DNA from: a virus
Length of the DNA stretch: 64,000 nucleotides
Direction: 5' to 3' (one strand)
Virus record (IMG/VR): IMGVR_UViG_2856349417_000002
Location: 1-64,000 of that record
How positions within the stretch are numbered: the stretch's first letter is position 1; each line of letters opens with the position of its first letter. The position numbers and the translations under genes were made by a program. This document shows, piece after piece, positions 7,584 to 18,700 of the stretch. The notes beneath the pieces were generated by a model, which saw only the letters and a list, made by a program, of their open reading frames with translations, had not been told where the DNA came from and did no database searches.

Positions 7584-8876
7584 TTATGCCGGCTGGATCG
7601 CGACTGCGGCCATCTGAGAGCCCGACGCGGTTCCCGAAAATGTCGATGTCACCGATTCCCCGGGCGTCGACGCCTTCGAGCCATGAATGCCGCGCATGTC
7701 GGTGCTGGAATTCGAGTTGTAGTCCTCTGTGATATTGCTCAGCGAGCCGGTGCCGCTGCCATTGTTGCAGAACGCGAACAGGGCTTCGCCTCCCGGCGGG
7801 ATCGTTATCGTCGCGCTGGTGGTTCCGGTCGCCGTCGAGGATGCGGTCTGCGAGGCACCGGTGGCACGGTAGACGGTGATGGTGCCAGCCAGTCCGTTGC
7901 TGCTGAATGTCAGCACGACGTTGCCGGAGGTCGCGCTGGCGATCGAAGACCCGGAGCCGGCGTCGACGACCCAGATCTCGGCGTTGCGAACTGCTGCCAA
8001 GCCTTGCGCCCTGACCAGGCGAGTCGCAACGGCACCGCCGACGGTCACGCTGTCCAGCGTCCTGGTGTTGCTGAAGTGGTCGTAGGCGACCGAGATATAG
8101 AGCAGCCGGTCAGCAGCCGTCGCACCGAACGACATGCCGGCACCGGTGATCGTCGATCCCGCCTGCTCCGGCGCCGTGTAGGTGCTGACTGCGGCGACAG
8201 ACACCGGAACAATCGCCACCTCGTCGGCGAACTGGTCGATCAGGATCGAGAACGGCCCGGCGTCGGCATTGTTGAACCACAGCGCGATGCCGAAGGTGGC
8301 GACGCCGGAGACGTTGGAGAACGGCGACGGCACGGCACCGGCATATTCGTCGCTCCAGGTCGAGCCGTCGGCGCTGGTCTGGAACTTGTAGGTCGTGCCG
8401 TCGGCCGAGACGACGAGCCGGATCCAGTTCGGCCCACCCTGAGTGCCGTGGGCGGCGGCGCCGCCATCGCTGGTGGTATGGCCGGTCTGGGCATTCCAGC
8501 CGTTCGGCGGCGTGCCATAGACCTTGTATTTGTTGAGCCCGGTTGAGCCGTCGCCGCGCAGGCCGACGATGTGGAAATCATTGTTGCTCTTGAGGCCGAA
8601 ACCGACCATGGCGAGCTTGCCCTGCTGGGCGAGCTGCGAGAATTGCGGCGTGTAGCGGAAGGTGTATTGCCGGCCGGCCGCGATGGTGGCGAGCGGATAG
8701 ACGAACTTGCCGAACGATCCCGCCTTGGTCTTGCCCTTGACCGTGACGTCGCCGGCGGCAGTGACGGTGACAACCGGCGGCTCGACGAAGCCGCCATCGC
8801 TGTCGCCGGAGCCGCCACCGACAATCACGGCGGCGCCAGGCCCCTTGCGACCGAGAAGATAGGGCGCGGCGGTCAT
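7584..8876 (-). CDS. Tail fibre / receptor-binding-like protein (430 aa)
   Basis: ATG at 8876 (MTAAPYLLG...) overlaps the upstream stop (TGATG). Gly/Ser/Thr-rich and predicted beta-rich. Its position is distal to the host-specificity protein. Confidence 0.7.
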   Translation of the reverse strand: MTAAPYLLGRKGPGAAVIVGGGSGDSDGGFVEPPVVTVTAAGDVTVKGKTKAGSFGKFVYPLATIAAGRQYTFRYTPQFSQLAQQGKLAMVGFGLKSNNDFHIVGLRGDGSTGLNKYKVYGTPPNGWNAQTGHTTSDGGAAAHGTQGGPNWIRLVVSADGTTYKFQTSADGSTWSDEYAGAVPSPFSNVSGVATFGIALWFNNADAGPFSILIDQFADEVAIVPVSVAAVSTYTAPEQAGSTITGAGMSFGATAADRLLYISVAYDHFSNTRTLDSVTVGGAVATRLVRAQGLAAVRNAEIWVVDAGSGSSIASATSGNVVLTFSSNGLAGTITVYRATGASQTASSTATGTTSATITIPPGGEALFAFCNNGSGTGSLSNITEDYNSNSSTDMRGIHGSKASTPGESVTSTFSGTASGSQMAAVAIQPA

Positions 8877-9589
8877 CAGGCTGAACCTTGAAAGCCTTCG
8901 AGCGTGGCGATCCACGTCGACTGCGCCAGCGGCGAGGCGATCGCCTCCAGCGTCTGCAACAGGCCGAACACGGTCTTGCCGCCGGAGGTCGGCAGCGTGA
9001 TGATGCGCGCGCCCTCGTCGGGAACGAAGATGCCGCCGCTACCGTCGCTGAAGGTGCGCATCGTGCCGGACAGCGAGCCGATAAAGGTGGCGCGCGGATT
9101 GGAGAAGGCGGCATTGTCGCCGGCACCGACTGTCGGCGAGGCCCGGAACAGCCACATGCGCAGCGCCTTGCCGGCGACACCGGTGTCGGTCGTGATCAGT
9201 CGCAGCCGCTCGATGGTGACCAGATCGTCGTTGACGTCGGACATCGTGAATGAGAACGGCGTCACCGATCCAGCCGTCGTGCTGTTGGCGATGGCGTCAT
9301 TGGCAGCGTAGGCGCTAGTATCGTTCGGCCGCGTCATCGTCGCGGCGACCGCTTCGATGAACTTGGTCTTGACCTTGCCGATCAGATTGGTGCCGGCATT
9401 CAGACCGACATCGTTGTCGGCGCCGAGGTCGACTTTGAGGCCGGCCGTAGCGTCCACCGGAGCGACACCGGCATTGGTCGCCGGATCACCCAGAACGACC
9501 ACCTGGCGGTGATTGCCATTGGTGGATTCGGTGCGCGTATCGATGTTGGTGCCGGTGCCTTGGGTGATCTGGACAGCGGTGTCGCTCAT
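8876..9589 (-). CDS. Tail-associated structural protein (237 aa)
   Basis: Track ORF, tightly packed among the tail fibre genes. Confidence 0.7.
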   Translation of the reverse strand: MSDTAVQITQGTGTNIDTRTESTNGNHRQVVVLGDPATNAGVAPVDATAGLKVDLGADNDVGLNAGTNLIGKVKTKFIEAVAATMTRPNDTSAYAANDAIANSTTAGSVTPFSFTMSDVNDDLVTIERLRLITTDTGVAGKALRMWLFRASPTVGAGDNAAFSNPRATFIGSLSGTMRTFSDGSGGIFVPDEGARIITLPTSGGKTVFGLLQTLEAIASPLAQSTWIATLEGFQGSA

Positions 9590-9590
9590 G

Positions 9591-9710
9591 TCAGGAAGCC
9601 TTCGTCAGAGTGAGGAGGAGGCCGATGGGCTGGCCGGCTGTTCGTGGTCCTGTGGAACCGCTCGCGGCTTTCCCCAGGCCAAGGCCGAGGGCCAAGGCGA
9701 TGCCAGGCAT
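9591..9710 (-). CDS. Possible 39-aa Gly/Leu-rich peptide
   Basis: Not in the ORF track. Hand translation: MPGIALALGLGLGKAASGSTGPRTAGQPIGLLLTLTKAS. An AAAGGA lies upstream, and the stop is 1 nt before the next ATG. Confidence 0.3.
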   Translation of the reverse strand: MPGIALALGLGLGKAASGSTGPRTAGQPIGLLLTLTKAS

Positions 9711-9736
9711 GGTGTTTTCCTTTTCGGGAGTTGTGA

Positions 9737-10423
9737 TCAGGCGGTGAGCGCCGGCAGATCGGCTGGATCCATGGCCGGGTAGATCGTGATCGAGCGGATG
9801 TAGGTCTGGAACAGCGTGTTGCCGTTGCCGGCGCCGTCGTGGCCGATGGTGACATCGCTCATGATCGGCGCGGCATAGGAGACGCTCTGGGTTTCGGCGG
9901 CGTCGCCGTCATTCGACCAGGCATATTCATAATCGCCGCCGCCGATGTCGCGGTTGAGGGTGATGGCTATTTTGTGGACACCGCTGCCGGAGACCGGCGT
10001 GCCGATATACAGCCCAAGGGCAATGAAATCGGATATCGCGCCATCGACGCTGACGATGATGCCGTCACCGGCGGTGTCGAGGTTGCCGGTGTCGCTGATG
10101 AAGATCAGGAAGCCGCCGAGCGAGGAAGCCGTCGACACCTCGAAGAGCAGCGTCACTCCGGCCGCGAGCCCCGCCAGCAACTGGGTGAGAAGCACGCCGA
10201 TGACGGTCGGCCGGTTGGCGTTGCTGAAATCGATATACATCCCCGACCCGGAAATCGCGCTCGGATCGAATCCGCCGCCAAGCATGGCCGAAACGGACTG
10301 CCAGGATCCGCCGGCATAATAGAAGCCGTTGACGAAATCGAGGAATGAGGTGGCACCAGGCGGCAGCGTGCCGCCTCCCCCGCCACCTGTGGCGAAGGCA
10401 TAGGGGTTGAGCAGCATGCTCAT
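9737..10423 (-). CDS. Tail fibre-associated protein (228 aa)
   Basis: Track ORF. ATG at 10423 overlaps the upstream stop (ATGA). Has a Gly-rich N-terminus. Confidence 0.7.
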   Translation of the reverse strand: MSMLLNPYAFATGGGGGGTLPPGATSFLDFVNGFYYAGGSWQSVSAMLGGGFDPSAISGSGMYIDFSNANRPTVIGVLLTQLLAGLAAGVTLLFEVSTASSLGGFLIFISDTGNLDTAGDGIIVSVDGAISDFIALGLYIGTPVSGSGVHKIAITLNRDIGGGDYEYAWSNDGDAAETQSVSYAAPIMSDVTIGHDGAGNGNTLFQTYIRSITIYPAMDPADLPALTA

Positions 10424-10881
10424 GCGCGCGAGCCGTAGAACGTCACCTTGAGGCCCTTGGCGGTGCCGTCACCAATCTGGGTGATGACGATGGTGATCTC
10501 GTCATCATCGGCGAGGGACGAGACCGAGATCACTGCGGCCGTGGCGGCAGTGACGGAGGTTTTCTCTGTGTTGTCGATCGTCAGCAGGGTCGAGAGAACC
10601 GTCGTGCCGTTCTTCTTGATGTCGACGGTGAAGATCGAGCCGGAGGCCTGGGCCGTCGTCAGCGAGGCCCGCACCGCAGTCAGCGTGATCGCCCGCGGCA
10701 TGCGGAACGTGACCTTGGTGCCGGTCGTCAGCGCCGTCGTCTCGTCCGAGGCGGCGACCGTCATTTCCCAATTGGCGTAGAGCTCGTCGAAGTTCGATTT
10801 CGCCTTGCTGAACGCAGTGCGCAGAGGATCGCCGGTTCCGTCGTTGGCGACCGAACCGATGTTGATGACCTGTTTTGTCAT
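10420..10881 (-). CDS. Tail fibre N-terminal-type protein (153 aa)
   Basis: Internal ATG at 10881. The N-terminus VINIGSVANDGTGDPLRTAFSKAKSNFDELY matches the ANDGTGD...NF.EL motif common at phage fibre/spike N-termini. Confidence 0.75.
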   Translation of the reverse strand: MTKQVINIGSVANDGTGDPLRTAFSKAKSNFDELYANWEMTVAASDETTALTTGTKVTFRMPRAITLTAVRASLTTAQASGSIFTVDIKKNGTTVLSTLLTIDNTEKTSVTAATAAVISVSSLADDDEITIVITQIGDGTAKGLKVTFYGSRA

Positions 10882-10889
10882 GGATGGTC

Positions 10890-13800
10890 CTAAGCTGCGT
10901 CGGCCGTGAAGGCGGTGCTGTCGGCGGTGATGTGCGTATTGTCGGCAGTCATGGAGCCGGGCGCGAGCACGATATGGCCGCGCGCTCGGTAGCCCCGGCC
11001 CGCGCCGACGCGCGTCTGGTTCGGCACCAGGATATCGAGCGCGCTCATCATGAAGACGTCGAAGGTGATTTCCGCTGGCGGATCGGAACCGAGGTCCGAG
11101 ATCACGTCGGCGCTGGCATAGTGGACGGAATTGGCGGTGGCCGTCAGGGTGCGCTTGTAGGTCACGCCGTCGTAGATATCGATCTCGAAGGACAGTGCCG
11201 CCTCGCCGAAGTTCGCCGGATTGAGCCCATCGGTCAGCCGGGAGCGATAGTCCCACGAGATGTCGATGCCGTCGGGCGAACCCGCCACTGCGTCGAGATT
11301 GACGCAGGCGTAAGGCGTCTCGGCCGCGCCGATGATCTGCTTCTGGGTGACGATGCCAGTCGACGGATCCTGCGTCAGGCCGATCGCCTTGTAGAATTTC
11401 GACAGGCCAAGGTCCGAGACGGGATGATTGACCGATTTCAGCCAGGCCGCATCGACCATGACAAACTGGTCGCCGATGGCGTGGGTGTCGCAGAACACTT
11501 CCGTGCCCCTGTAGCCGCGGCGGGAGAAGCCGGAGAGCGTGTAGCTGCCGTCGGCGTTGGCAACTACCGTCTTATAGCCGACCGCCTCCCAACGCCCCTG
11601 CGCGCCGATATAGGCGAAGTTCGCCCCGGCAAGCACCTGGTCCTCTGTCGCGTCGACGAGCAGCGCCACATCGCCGGCCGTGCGCCGGATGGTGACGGTC
11701 GAGGTGTCGTCGGTGCCGAACGGATCGAGCGGGTTGCCAAGCGCGATGACGCATGTTCCCACGACGCCCTTGTGCGGCGCCTGGGTGAGCAGAAGCGACA
11801 AGGCCGAGGCGACATCGCCGCGATAGAGAGCACCTCCTCCCCAGCCCTGCTGGCCGCGCGAGGCGAGGATGCCGTATTGCCTAAGCCCTGCCCCGGCCAG
11901 ATCATCGGCGTAGCGGTAGAGCGGCACGTCGAGGTGGATATACTGCGTCGCCAGCGTAACGGGCAGTTGATTGCCAAGGCTCTGGTTCGTGACCGGGGTG
12001 ATCGTGGTCGACACTGAGGTCTGGAATTCGGTGCATGCGATGTCGGCAACGATGTTGCGGCCGAGCGCCACGGTATCGACCTGGACAGTATAGGTGATCG
12101 TCCCGCTAGGCACGGAAACGACGTCGCCCGGCAGCAGCCGGACCTCGCCGGTGAGCGAGAAGGAATGCGAGCGCCGCTTGGCCTGGAGCTCGAAATACTT
12201 CTCGGTGACGAATTTTTGCGCGTCGGCGTCCGACATCACCAAGGGTGTGGAGTATTTCTCGACCCGGATCGAGTTGCTGGTCGCCGGCATGGTGAAGGAA
12301 GCCGGGCGTGATTCATAGCCCTGGTCGCGGGAGACATATTCCACCTCGACGCGCGACACGCTGCGGATCTCGGCGTCGTCGACGCTCTTGACCGAGGCAT
12401 CATTGTCCTGGAAGACCAGTTCGGCCGTCGTCAGCGCCAGATCGAGCGCGAAGGACGTGTCTTGCCCCGGCTTCTTGAAATAGAAGCCGTCGCCGGTGTC
12501 GGCATAGGTGAAGCCGTAGATTTCCGACGGCGACTGCAGCACCGTCCGGACGTTGGTGTCGCTGCCGATGACAAACCCATAGGCCGCGATCCCGCCCAAG
12601 CCGTCGAAGGTCAACTCGCTCGGCCCGTAGCCGGCGAGGAACATGATCTTTGTGAGCAGCGACGTCAGGCTGACAAGGCCGGGTTTCACATTGGGAAGCT
12701 GATGCTCGACCCAGTGATCATCGCCGAACGCTTCGAAATAGGCGCTCTTGTTCTGGTCGAAGATGCCGCTGGTGAATTCCAGGTTGGTGATGCCGGTATG
12801 CGAGGCAAAGATCGAGATGGTCTTGGCGCCAACATCGAGCAGATAGACCTTGCCGTCGTCGTCGACACCTTCGGTCATCATCACATAGCCGGGGCGCGGC
12901 CAGTAACGCTCTCGGCCGGTCACGAGGGTGCCCATGGTGATGAAGTACGTCCGATCTACCGTAATGCTGTCCGCTACGGATCCCGTGTTCGGGTCGACAT
13001 AGCGGACGTAATAGGCGCCCGACACAGTTTCGAAGACGACGAGATAGCCGGTCTGCGGATCGTACCAGCTCCCGGTCGTCACGCCGGCCGATGTGTAGAC
13101 CGTGGCCGTCGTCCAGGCATCGCCATCGAAAGTCGCTTCTTTTACGCTACCAGATGCGTCGATGAAGAAGGAAACGGTTCCAGATGACACTCGACCATAG
13201 ACAAGGCTGCCGCTTCCTGCGCCCGTGACCCGGCCAATCGTGACGTTGCCGAGAATGTCGATCAGGGCATAAGGCAGGCCCGATCCGGCCCCGAAATCGA
13301 AGCCCGTGATGATGTACTTTTCGCCGAACGGAAAACCGATCTTCCAGTCGAAGATTTCGCCGCTCTCCTCATGCGAGGAAACGATTTTGCCGGTGGCGAC
13401 GTCATAGACGATGTCGACTTCTGGCCAGCTCGTGCTGGCAAAACGCGCCAAGACGAACCCTGATCCTCGGATCGCCATGAGCCAGTAGGCGTCGTCGACA
13501 TAATTTTCCGAGCCTTGAAGCGGAACGCGATAGCGCTCGGTGTAGGTCTGCGCGTCGAGGACCGCGAGATAGATTTGCGGAGTGCCAGGAATCTCGTTCT
13601 GCCCCAGCAATTGATAGATGACGTCCTGCGTCGGGTCATAGGCCGCCGCTCGACCCGCCGAGTTCTCCGTGTAAATGACCGGCGTCGTTCCGGTCCAGGC
13701 GATCTCATGCGTGCCACCGCCATCGGTCGCGGCATTGGAGATCACCGCCTTGACGGTTGGCGCGCTGTCGGCCTGATAGCCAGACAGGTAGACTATGGCG

Positions 13801-14336
13801 AAGTTTTGCCAGGCGCCGGCATCGGTGCCGATGTTGGTTTGGGTGATGGCGTCCGGAGCGGTTTGCGTGCCGCCATCGAAGCGAAAGGCTGTCGATGCGC
13901 CGATGCCATTCTCCGCGTCATAGACGACGTCACCGTTGACCTCGAGGCGCACCAACTTGTAGCCGTCGCCGAACGGGTCGTAGGCCAAGAGATAGCCCAG
14001 CATGGCCGCCTGCTGCGAACCATATTGCGGAACCTCGACGGTGCGGCTGAACGGGTCGTTGTTGAGCCACTTCGTGCCGGGCGGGAAATCCCCGAGGTTC
14101 TGCAGTGTCGTGAGCTGCTGCTGGGTGTATCCGCTGATCACCTGGCTGGTGACGGCGCCGCCGACTACCGGGATACCATCGACCTTGCCGGTGCCGATAA
14201 CGATCGGGATCGACCGGCCCAAGACCTTGGAGACCGAGAAGGTCGGCGTAGCCGATACGTCCTCGGGCTGCTTGGTATTGTCCTGCTGGGTCGGGCCGAG
14301 GTGGATGGTCGGCCGGGCGCCAAGAACATAGGCCAT
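10890..14336 (-). CDS. Host-specificity / central tail protein (gpJ / GTA g15-like, 1148 aa)
   Basis: Its size and its position immediately after the DUF2163/BR0599-like gene support the call. Track ORF. Confidence 0.9.
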   Translation of the reverse strand: MAYVLGARPTIHLGPTQQDNTKQPEDVSATPTFSVSKVLGRSIPIVIGTGKVDGIPVVGGAVTSQVISGYTQQQLTTLQNLGDFPPGTKWLNNDPFSRTVEVPQYGSQQAAMLGYLLAYDPFGDGYKLVRLEVNGDVVYDAENGIGASTAFRFDGGTQTAPDAITQTNIGTDAGAWQNFAIVYLSGYQADSAPTVKAVISNAATDGGGTHEIAWTGTTPVIYTENSAGRAAAYDPTQDVIYQLLGQNEIPGTPQIYLAVLDAQTYTERYRVPLQGSENYVDDAYWLMAIRGSGFVLARFASTSWPEVDIVYDVATGKIVSSHEESGEIFDWKIGFPFGEKYIITGFDFGAGSGLPYALIDILGNVTIGRVTGAGSGSLVYGRVSSGTVSFFIDASGSVKEATFDGDAWTTATVYTSAGVTTGSWYDPQTGYLVVFETVSGAYYVRYVDPNTGSVADSITVDRTYFITMGTLVTGRERYWPRPGYVMMTEGVDDDGKVYLLDVGAKTISIFASHTGITNLEFTSGIFDQNKSAYFEAFGDDHWVEHQLPNVKPGLVSLTSLLTKIMFLAGYGPSELTFDGLGGIAAYGFVIGSDTNVRTVLQSPSEIYGFTYADTGDGFYFKKPGQDTSFALDLALTTAELVFQDNDASVKSVDDAEIRSVSRVEVEYVSRDQGYESRPASFTMPATSNSIRVEKYSTPLVMSDADAQKFVTEKYFELQAKRRSHSFSLTGEVRLLPGDVVSVPSGTITYTVQVDTVALGRNIVADIACTEFQTSVSTTITPVTNQSLGNQLPVTLATQYIHLDVPLYRYADDLAGAGLRQYGILASRGQQGWGGGALYRGDVASALSLLLTQAPHKGVVGTCVIALGNPLDPFGTDDTSTVTIRRTAGDVALLVDATEDQVLAGANFAYIGAQGRWEAVGYKTVVANADGSYTLSGFSRRGYRGTEVFCDTHAIGDQFVMVDAAWLKSVNHPVSDLGLSKFYKAIGLTQDPSTGIVTQKQIIGAAETPYACVNLDAVAGSPDGIDISWDYRSRLTDGLNPANFGEAALSFEIDIYDGVTYKRTLTATANSVHYASADVISDLGSDPPAEITFDVFMMSALDILVPNQTRVGAGRGYRARGHIVLAPGSMTADNTHITADSTAFTADAA

Positions 14337-14339
14337 TTG

Positions 14340-15182
14340 CTAGCTCAGCAATTCGCCCGGCGTGAAATCGAAGCCGGGGTAGCGGTTGACGTTGTTGTAA
14401 TGCTTGCAGCCGAACGACCCGCTCCGAGAGAGGTCGCAGCCAGCGCTGATGTTAATCGTGTCACCCACCTGGACATCAAAGGGGGCTGGCAACACCAATT
14501 CCACAAGCGATGTGCCGGAAACCCAGCGGCGCGCGTTGTCGCTCCATCCGGCGTTATCTCCACCAGTGAAGACCACCTTACCGTGCGTGAAATTGAGGCC
14601 GCTCGGATTGGTCACGGTGATGGTGAACTTCCCATTGTTTGTGACCGTCGCGACAGTGGCGGGGAGCGTGAGGGGCGTGAGATCGACGCCGCACTGCGAA
14701 CTGCCAAACCGAAAGGAACACTTCGGCTGGACGGTGAAGAGAATGATATCGGCTAGGGCATCGGCCTTTGTGATGAGCTTGAACGAGCCGGCAAGCCGAT
14801 CGGTAAACTCGGTTTCGCCGACAAAGCCGGAGAGCACGATTTCGCGATCCGACGGATTGGTGAAGTCGGCCAGCCATACCGTCACGGGAACGCCGCGCCA
14901 GGCGCCGCGCTTGACGTGGTCGGCATAGACAGGCCCGACGCTATCGAACGGCAGATCGATGTCGAGCCCAGCCGGCCGGCCGCCATTCGAGACCGTGAAC
15001 TTGGTGACGTTGAAGCCCGGCGATTTCAGGAAGGTGTTGCCGCCCACGACACGATCCTGGTCGAAATCCGTCAACCGCACCGTGCCACAGAGCGCGATCG
15101 GGTTCACCATCTCGATCAGGAAGCAGCGCGTGACCTGCAGCGAGGCGAGGTTGGCGATGAGCGTCGGCGACCAGTCCCTCAC
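14340..15182 (-). CDS. Distal tail protein, DUF2163 + BR0599-type C-terminus (GTA g13-like)
   Basis: C-terminus GCDLSRSGSFGCKHYNNVNRYPGFDFTPG. GTG start at 15182 overlaps the upstream stop (GTGA). Confidence 0.85.
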   Translation of the reverse strand: MRDWSPTLIANLASLQVTRCFLIEMVNPIALCGTVRLTDFDQDRVVGGNTFLKSPGFNVTKFTVSNGGRPAGLDIDLPFDSVGPVYADHVKRGAWRGVPVTVWLADFTNPSDREIVLSGFVGETEFTDRLAGSFKLITKADALADIILFTVQPKCSFRFGSSQCGVDLTPLTLPATVATVTNNGKFTITVTNPSGLNFTHGKVVFTGGDNAGWSDNARRWVSGTSLVELVLPAPFDVQVGDTINISAGCDLSRSGSFGCKHYNNVNRYPGFDFTPGELLS

Positions 15183-15784
15183 GGAATGTCCTCTTTGGCC
15201 TGCAGGCCATCGACGCTCATGATGTCCAGCGACTGATAGGGCACGCTTGCCTCGAAGACGTCGCCCTCGAAGGCCACCGGCACATAGAAATCGGCCGTCA
15301 CGGTGATGACGGCATCCAGTGCCGGTGCCGAGACGAAGGTGATCAGGCCCGTCGAATTCACGGTGTAGTCGGTCGTCAGCGTCTTGGTGACGCCGTCGAC
15401 CTTGACCACCAGAGTGCCTGCCTTGATGTGGCGGATGACGCGCACATAGGGATTGACGCCTGCCGTCTCGGTCTTGGTGATCTGGAAGGCGACGGTCGAC
15501 CCATCACCAAGCGCGATCTGCTCGTCGACCAACTGGAAGTTGGTCCAGTCCTTCATCAGGAAGACTTTGAAATCGCCGCGGCGATCGTAGAAGAAGGCGC
15601 GCAGTGCCTTGACCAGGTCGGCCGGCGCGTCCTGCATCGACCAGGTGTAGACGTGCCTGGCGATCGATACGTTCATCAGGCGCCGGGTCTGCATGTTGAC
15701 CTGGGTCGACTTATCCGTCGAAAAGGTCGGGCCGCCCTTGAAGCCCTGCGAGACCCTTTCGGGCATGATCAGGTTATCGACCAT
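15179..15784 (-). CDS. Distal tail protein, DUF2460-like (GTA g12-like)
   Basis: N-terminus MPERVSQGFKGGPTFSTD. Located directly downstream of the tape measure gene. Confidence 0.85.
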   Translation of the reverse strand: MVDNLIMPERVSQGFKGGPTFSTDKSTQVNMQTRRLMNVSIARHVYTWSMQDAPADLVKALRAFFYDRRGDFKVFLMKDWTNFQLVDEQIALGDGSTVAFQITKTETAGVNPYVRVIRHIKAGTLVVKVDGVTKTLTTDYTVNSTGLITFVSAPALDAVITVTADFYVPVAFEGDVFEASVPYQSLDIMSVDGLQAKEDIP

Positions 15785-18700
15785 TGATGCCTCTGATCGC
15801 CTCGCGAACCGCCATCGTCGCCTGCCGTTTCATCTCAGCGATGCTGTCCTTGCTCACTTGCGCGCCGCCCTGGATGTATATCGGCATGGAGATGTTGATG
15901 GGCCGGTCGGTGGCGCTGCTGGCGCTATTCTGGTTCGCTGCGGGCTGCTGGCGCACGTCCTGGAACTGATCCGGCCGTGCGATGATGACGCGCTCGTTCG
16001 GGTTCTTGAAGAACTCGACTTTTTGGGTGTCGCCCGGACCGCCGCCGATCATGCCGCCGGTGTCGAATCCGGGGTAGGTTTTGACGGGCTGGCCATTGGC
16101 GTCGACCAGATTATTCACGCCGCGGAAGACGCTGCGAATACCCTCGCTATAGGCCGCCGCCGAATCCCTCTCGTAGGAAGTCGAGCCCGCCGCCCCGAGC
16201 GGCGACGCGCCGCCGTAGACGATGTTGTGGGCGATCTGCTGCGGCGACGCGCTCCTGCCAAGGCCGTATCCGATCGGCTGGCCGGAGAGCACGCCAGCGG
16301 CCTGGAAGTTGGCCCGCACCTGCTTCAGCACGTCGAGGTATTGCTGATACTGCGGATCGCGCGTGGTGCCCGTCCCGGTCGATGACCCGCCAGAGGATGA
16401 GCCGCCGCTGAGCGCCGACGCGCTGCTGGCCGTGGCCGTCTTGATATCGTCGAGGATCTGCGCCGTCTTGCGCGTGTTGGCCTCGACATTCATCAACACG
16501 GTCCAAAGGCGGTCATCCTCTCGGGTCGGCTCGCGGCCGGTGAAGCCGGATTGTGCATCGGCGAGAGCCTGATGAAACATGACCGACTGCGCGTTCGGGA
16601 TGACTGTGCCGGCGCCCTTGGGCACGACTAGCTCCGGCCCATGCTCGCCTACCCAATAGGGCGTTTGCGCGTCCACCGGGCCGCCGGCAGCGCGCGCGCC
16701 GCCGAACCGGGTGACGTTGACGGTGCTCGAACCGCTGCCTCCACTACCTCCCTGACTGCCATAGCTTCCGCCTTCCGTCGGCACGGAATAGGACGAGAGC
16801 GAAGGTCCGGAAGACTCCCCATCTGCCCCCCCGTAGCGCGTCACGCCGACGCCGCTGGTGCCCCCATTGCTGTTCGGCACATCATAGGTCGTCTGCGTGC
16901 CAGTGCCGACCTTGCGGGTCACCACAGTGATGGTAACGGTGCGGTTCTTGATCGCCTGGATGGCGGCGTTGAGCTGCCTCGCTGCGCTCGAATCCGCGTT
17001 CATCTGCTGATAGGCGCGGACGAGCGAGTCGACGAACTTGTTGACCTGGTCGGCGCCAAGGCCTGCCCCGATGAGCGACTGGCGCACCATGTCGAGGGAC
17101 TGGTAGACGCCGCTGACGCTGGCGTTGCCAGTCTTGAGCGCATCGAACAGCTTATGCACCGTGGACGTGGCGTCGGAGATCGCCTGCTGCGCTCCCTTGA
17201 TGTTCGAGATGTCGCCGAAATAGGCGTCGATGTTGTCCCTGCCGGCGGACGTCGCGATGGCCTGTTTGACCGTGTCGATATCCTGCTTCGTCGAGCGAAG
17301 CTGGCTACCGAGTTCGAGATAGCTCTGGAGTTGGGACTGGCGCGCCAGTTGGACGGCATCGTTGACCTGCTGGAAAGCGCCGAGCGTCGTCTGAACGCTG
17401 CTCGCGAACTGGCCGCCGATGTTGCCCGCCGATCGCAGGACGCCGAAGCGGTCCGTCGCACCGGAATTCAGCGTGCCGAAGAGCTTGGCGATGGTAGCGT
17501 CGGCGCCGCCTGCGCTCGAACCAATGTCCTTGAAGCCCTTCGAGACATCATAGAGCGACTGCGACGCCCTTTTCCCGTCGGCGACTATGTCCTTAATCGC
17601 GTTCTTCTCCTTCAGCGCATCCTGAAGCTTTGCGGCCGCGGTCGCGTCGGATTGAAGCTCCTTCGCGAATTGATGCGCATTCTCGTTCAAGGCCGGATCG
17701 ATGCGCAGCCGACCGAGCGCGCTTTCGAGCTGATCGGCGGCGTCCGCGGCGCCTGACTTGGCAATCTCCGCCAGATCAGCAAAGGCCTTGGTGCCGGCGG
17801 TACCGACAAGGCCCCATTCCTGGCTGAGCATCGTCAGCCGAGTCGAGAGATAGCCCATCGTGTCGTCCAGGGTCTTCTTGTTCTCCTTGGCCTGCTCGAC
17901 GATGTCGGCCGTGGCGACCGATTTCGGGATCCGCTTGGCCGCTTCGGCGTAAGACGCAGCGGCCTTCGCCGCCTCCGGATAAGCTCCCGCAACCTCATCG
18001 ATCAGCGCCTTGTGCTCCTTCAGCACCTCGTCGACGCTCTTGATATCGTTGCGTGCGGAGATGACGTAGGCGCTGACCGCCGCGATCGCACCGATGCCGG
18101 CGGTCGCGATCAGGCCAGGAGTGCTTGTCGCCAACGACGTCAGTCTGCCGAACGTGGCGCCGGCCATGTCACCCAGGGCCTTGAGCGTGCCGCCGACGCC
18201 GCCCTGCCCGATCGTGAGCACTGATGCGATGCGATTGGCCTCATAGCCAAGCGCCTGCATGGCGCTGCCGCCAGCGAGCAATGTTCCAGCGGTGGACCGG
18301 GCGATGTGGCCAAGCTCGGCGATTTGAGCGCCTGAAAGGCGCGCAGCAGAAGCGCCGTGAGTGAATTCGGTGGCCATGCTCCGCGCGCCGAGGGCAACTT
18401 CCGTCTCGGTGACGCCGAGGGCCTGGAACACGGCTGCCGACTCCCGGGCCGATTTCGTGGCCGTGTCGATGATGCCGATGCGTTCGGTCAGGTCGCGATT
18501 GAAGTTCTCGCCTTGCTGCTGCGAGCGGAAGGCATCGATCTGGGCCTGCGAATAGCCGCGCAGCGCGTCGGTGACTGCCTTCACCTCCTGCGACTGCTCT
18601 TCCAGCGTCACATTGACCTTTTTCAGATCGCCGCCGGCGGCCTCAAGCGCTGCGGCAAACTCTTTCGCGCTAACCGTGGCGGCGCCGAGCCCCGCGGTCG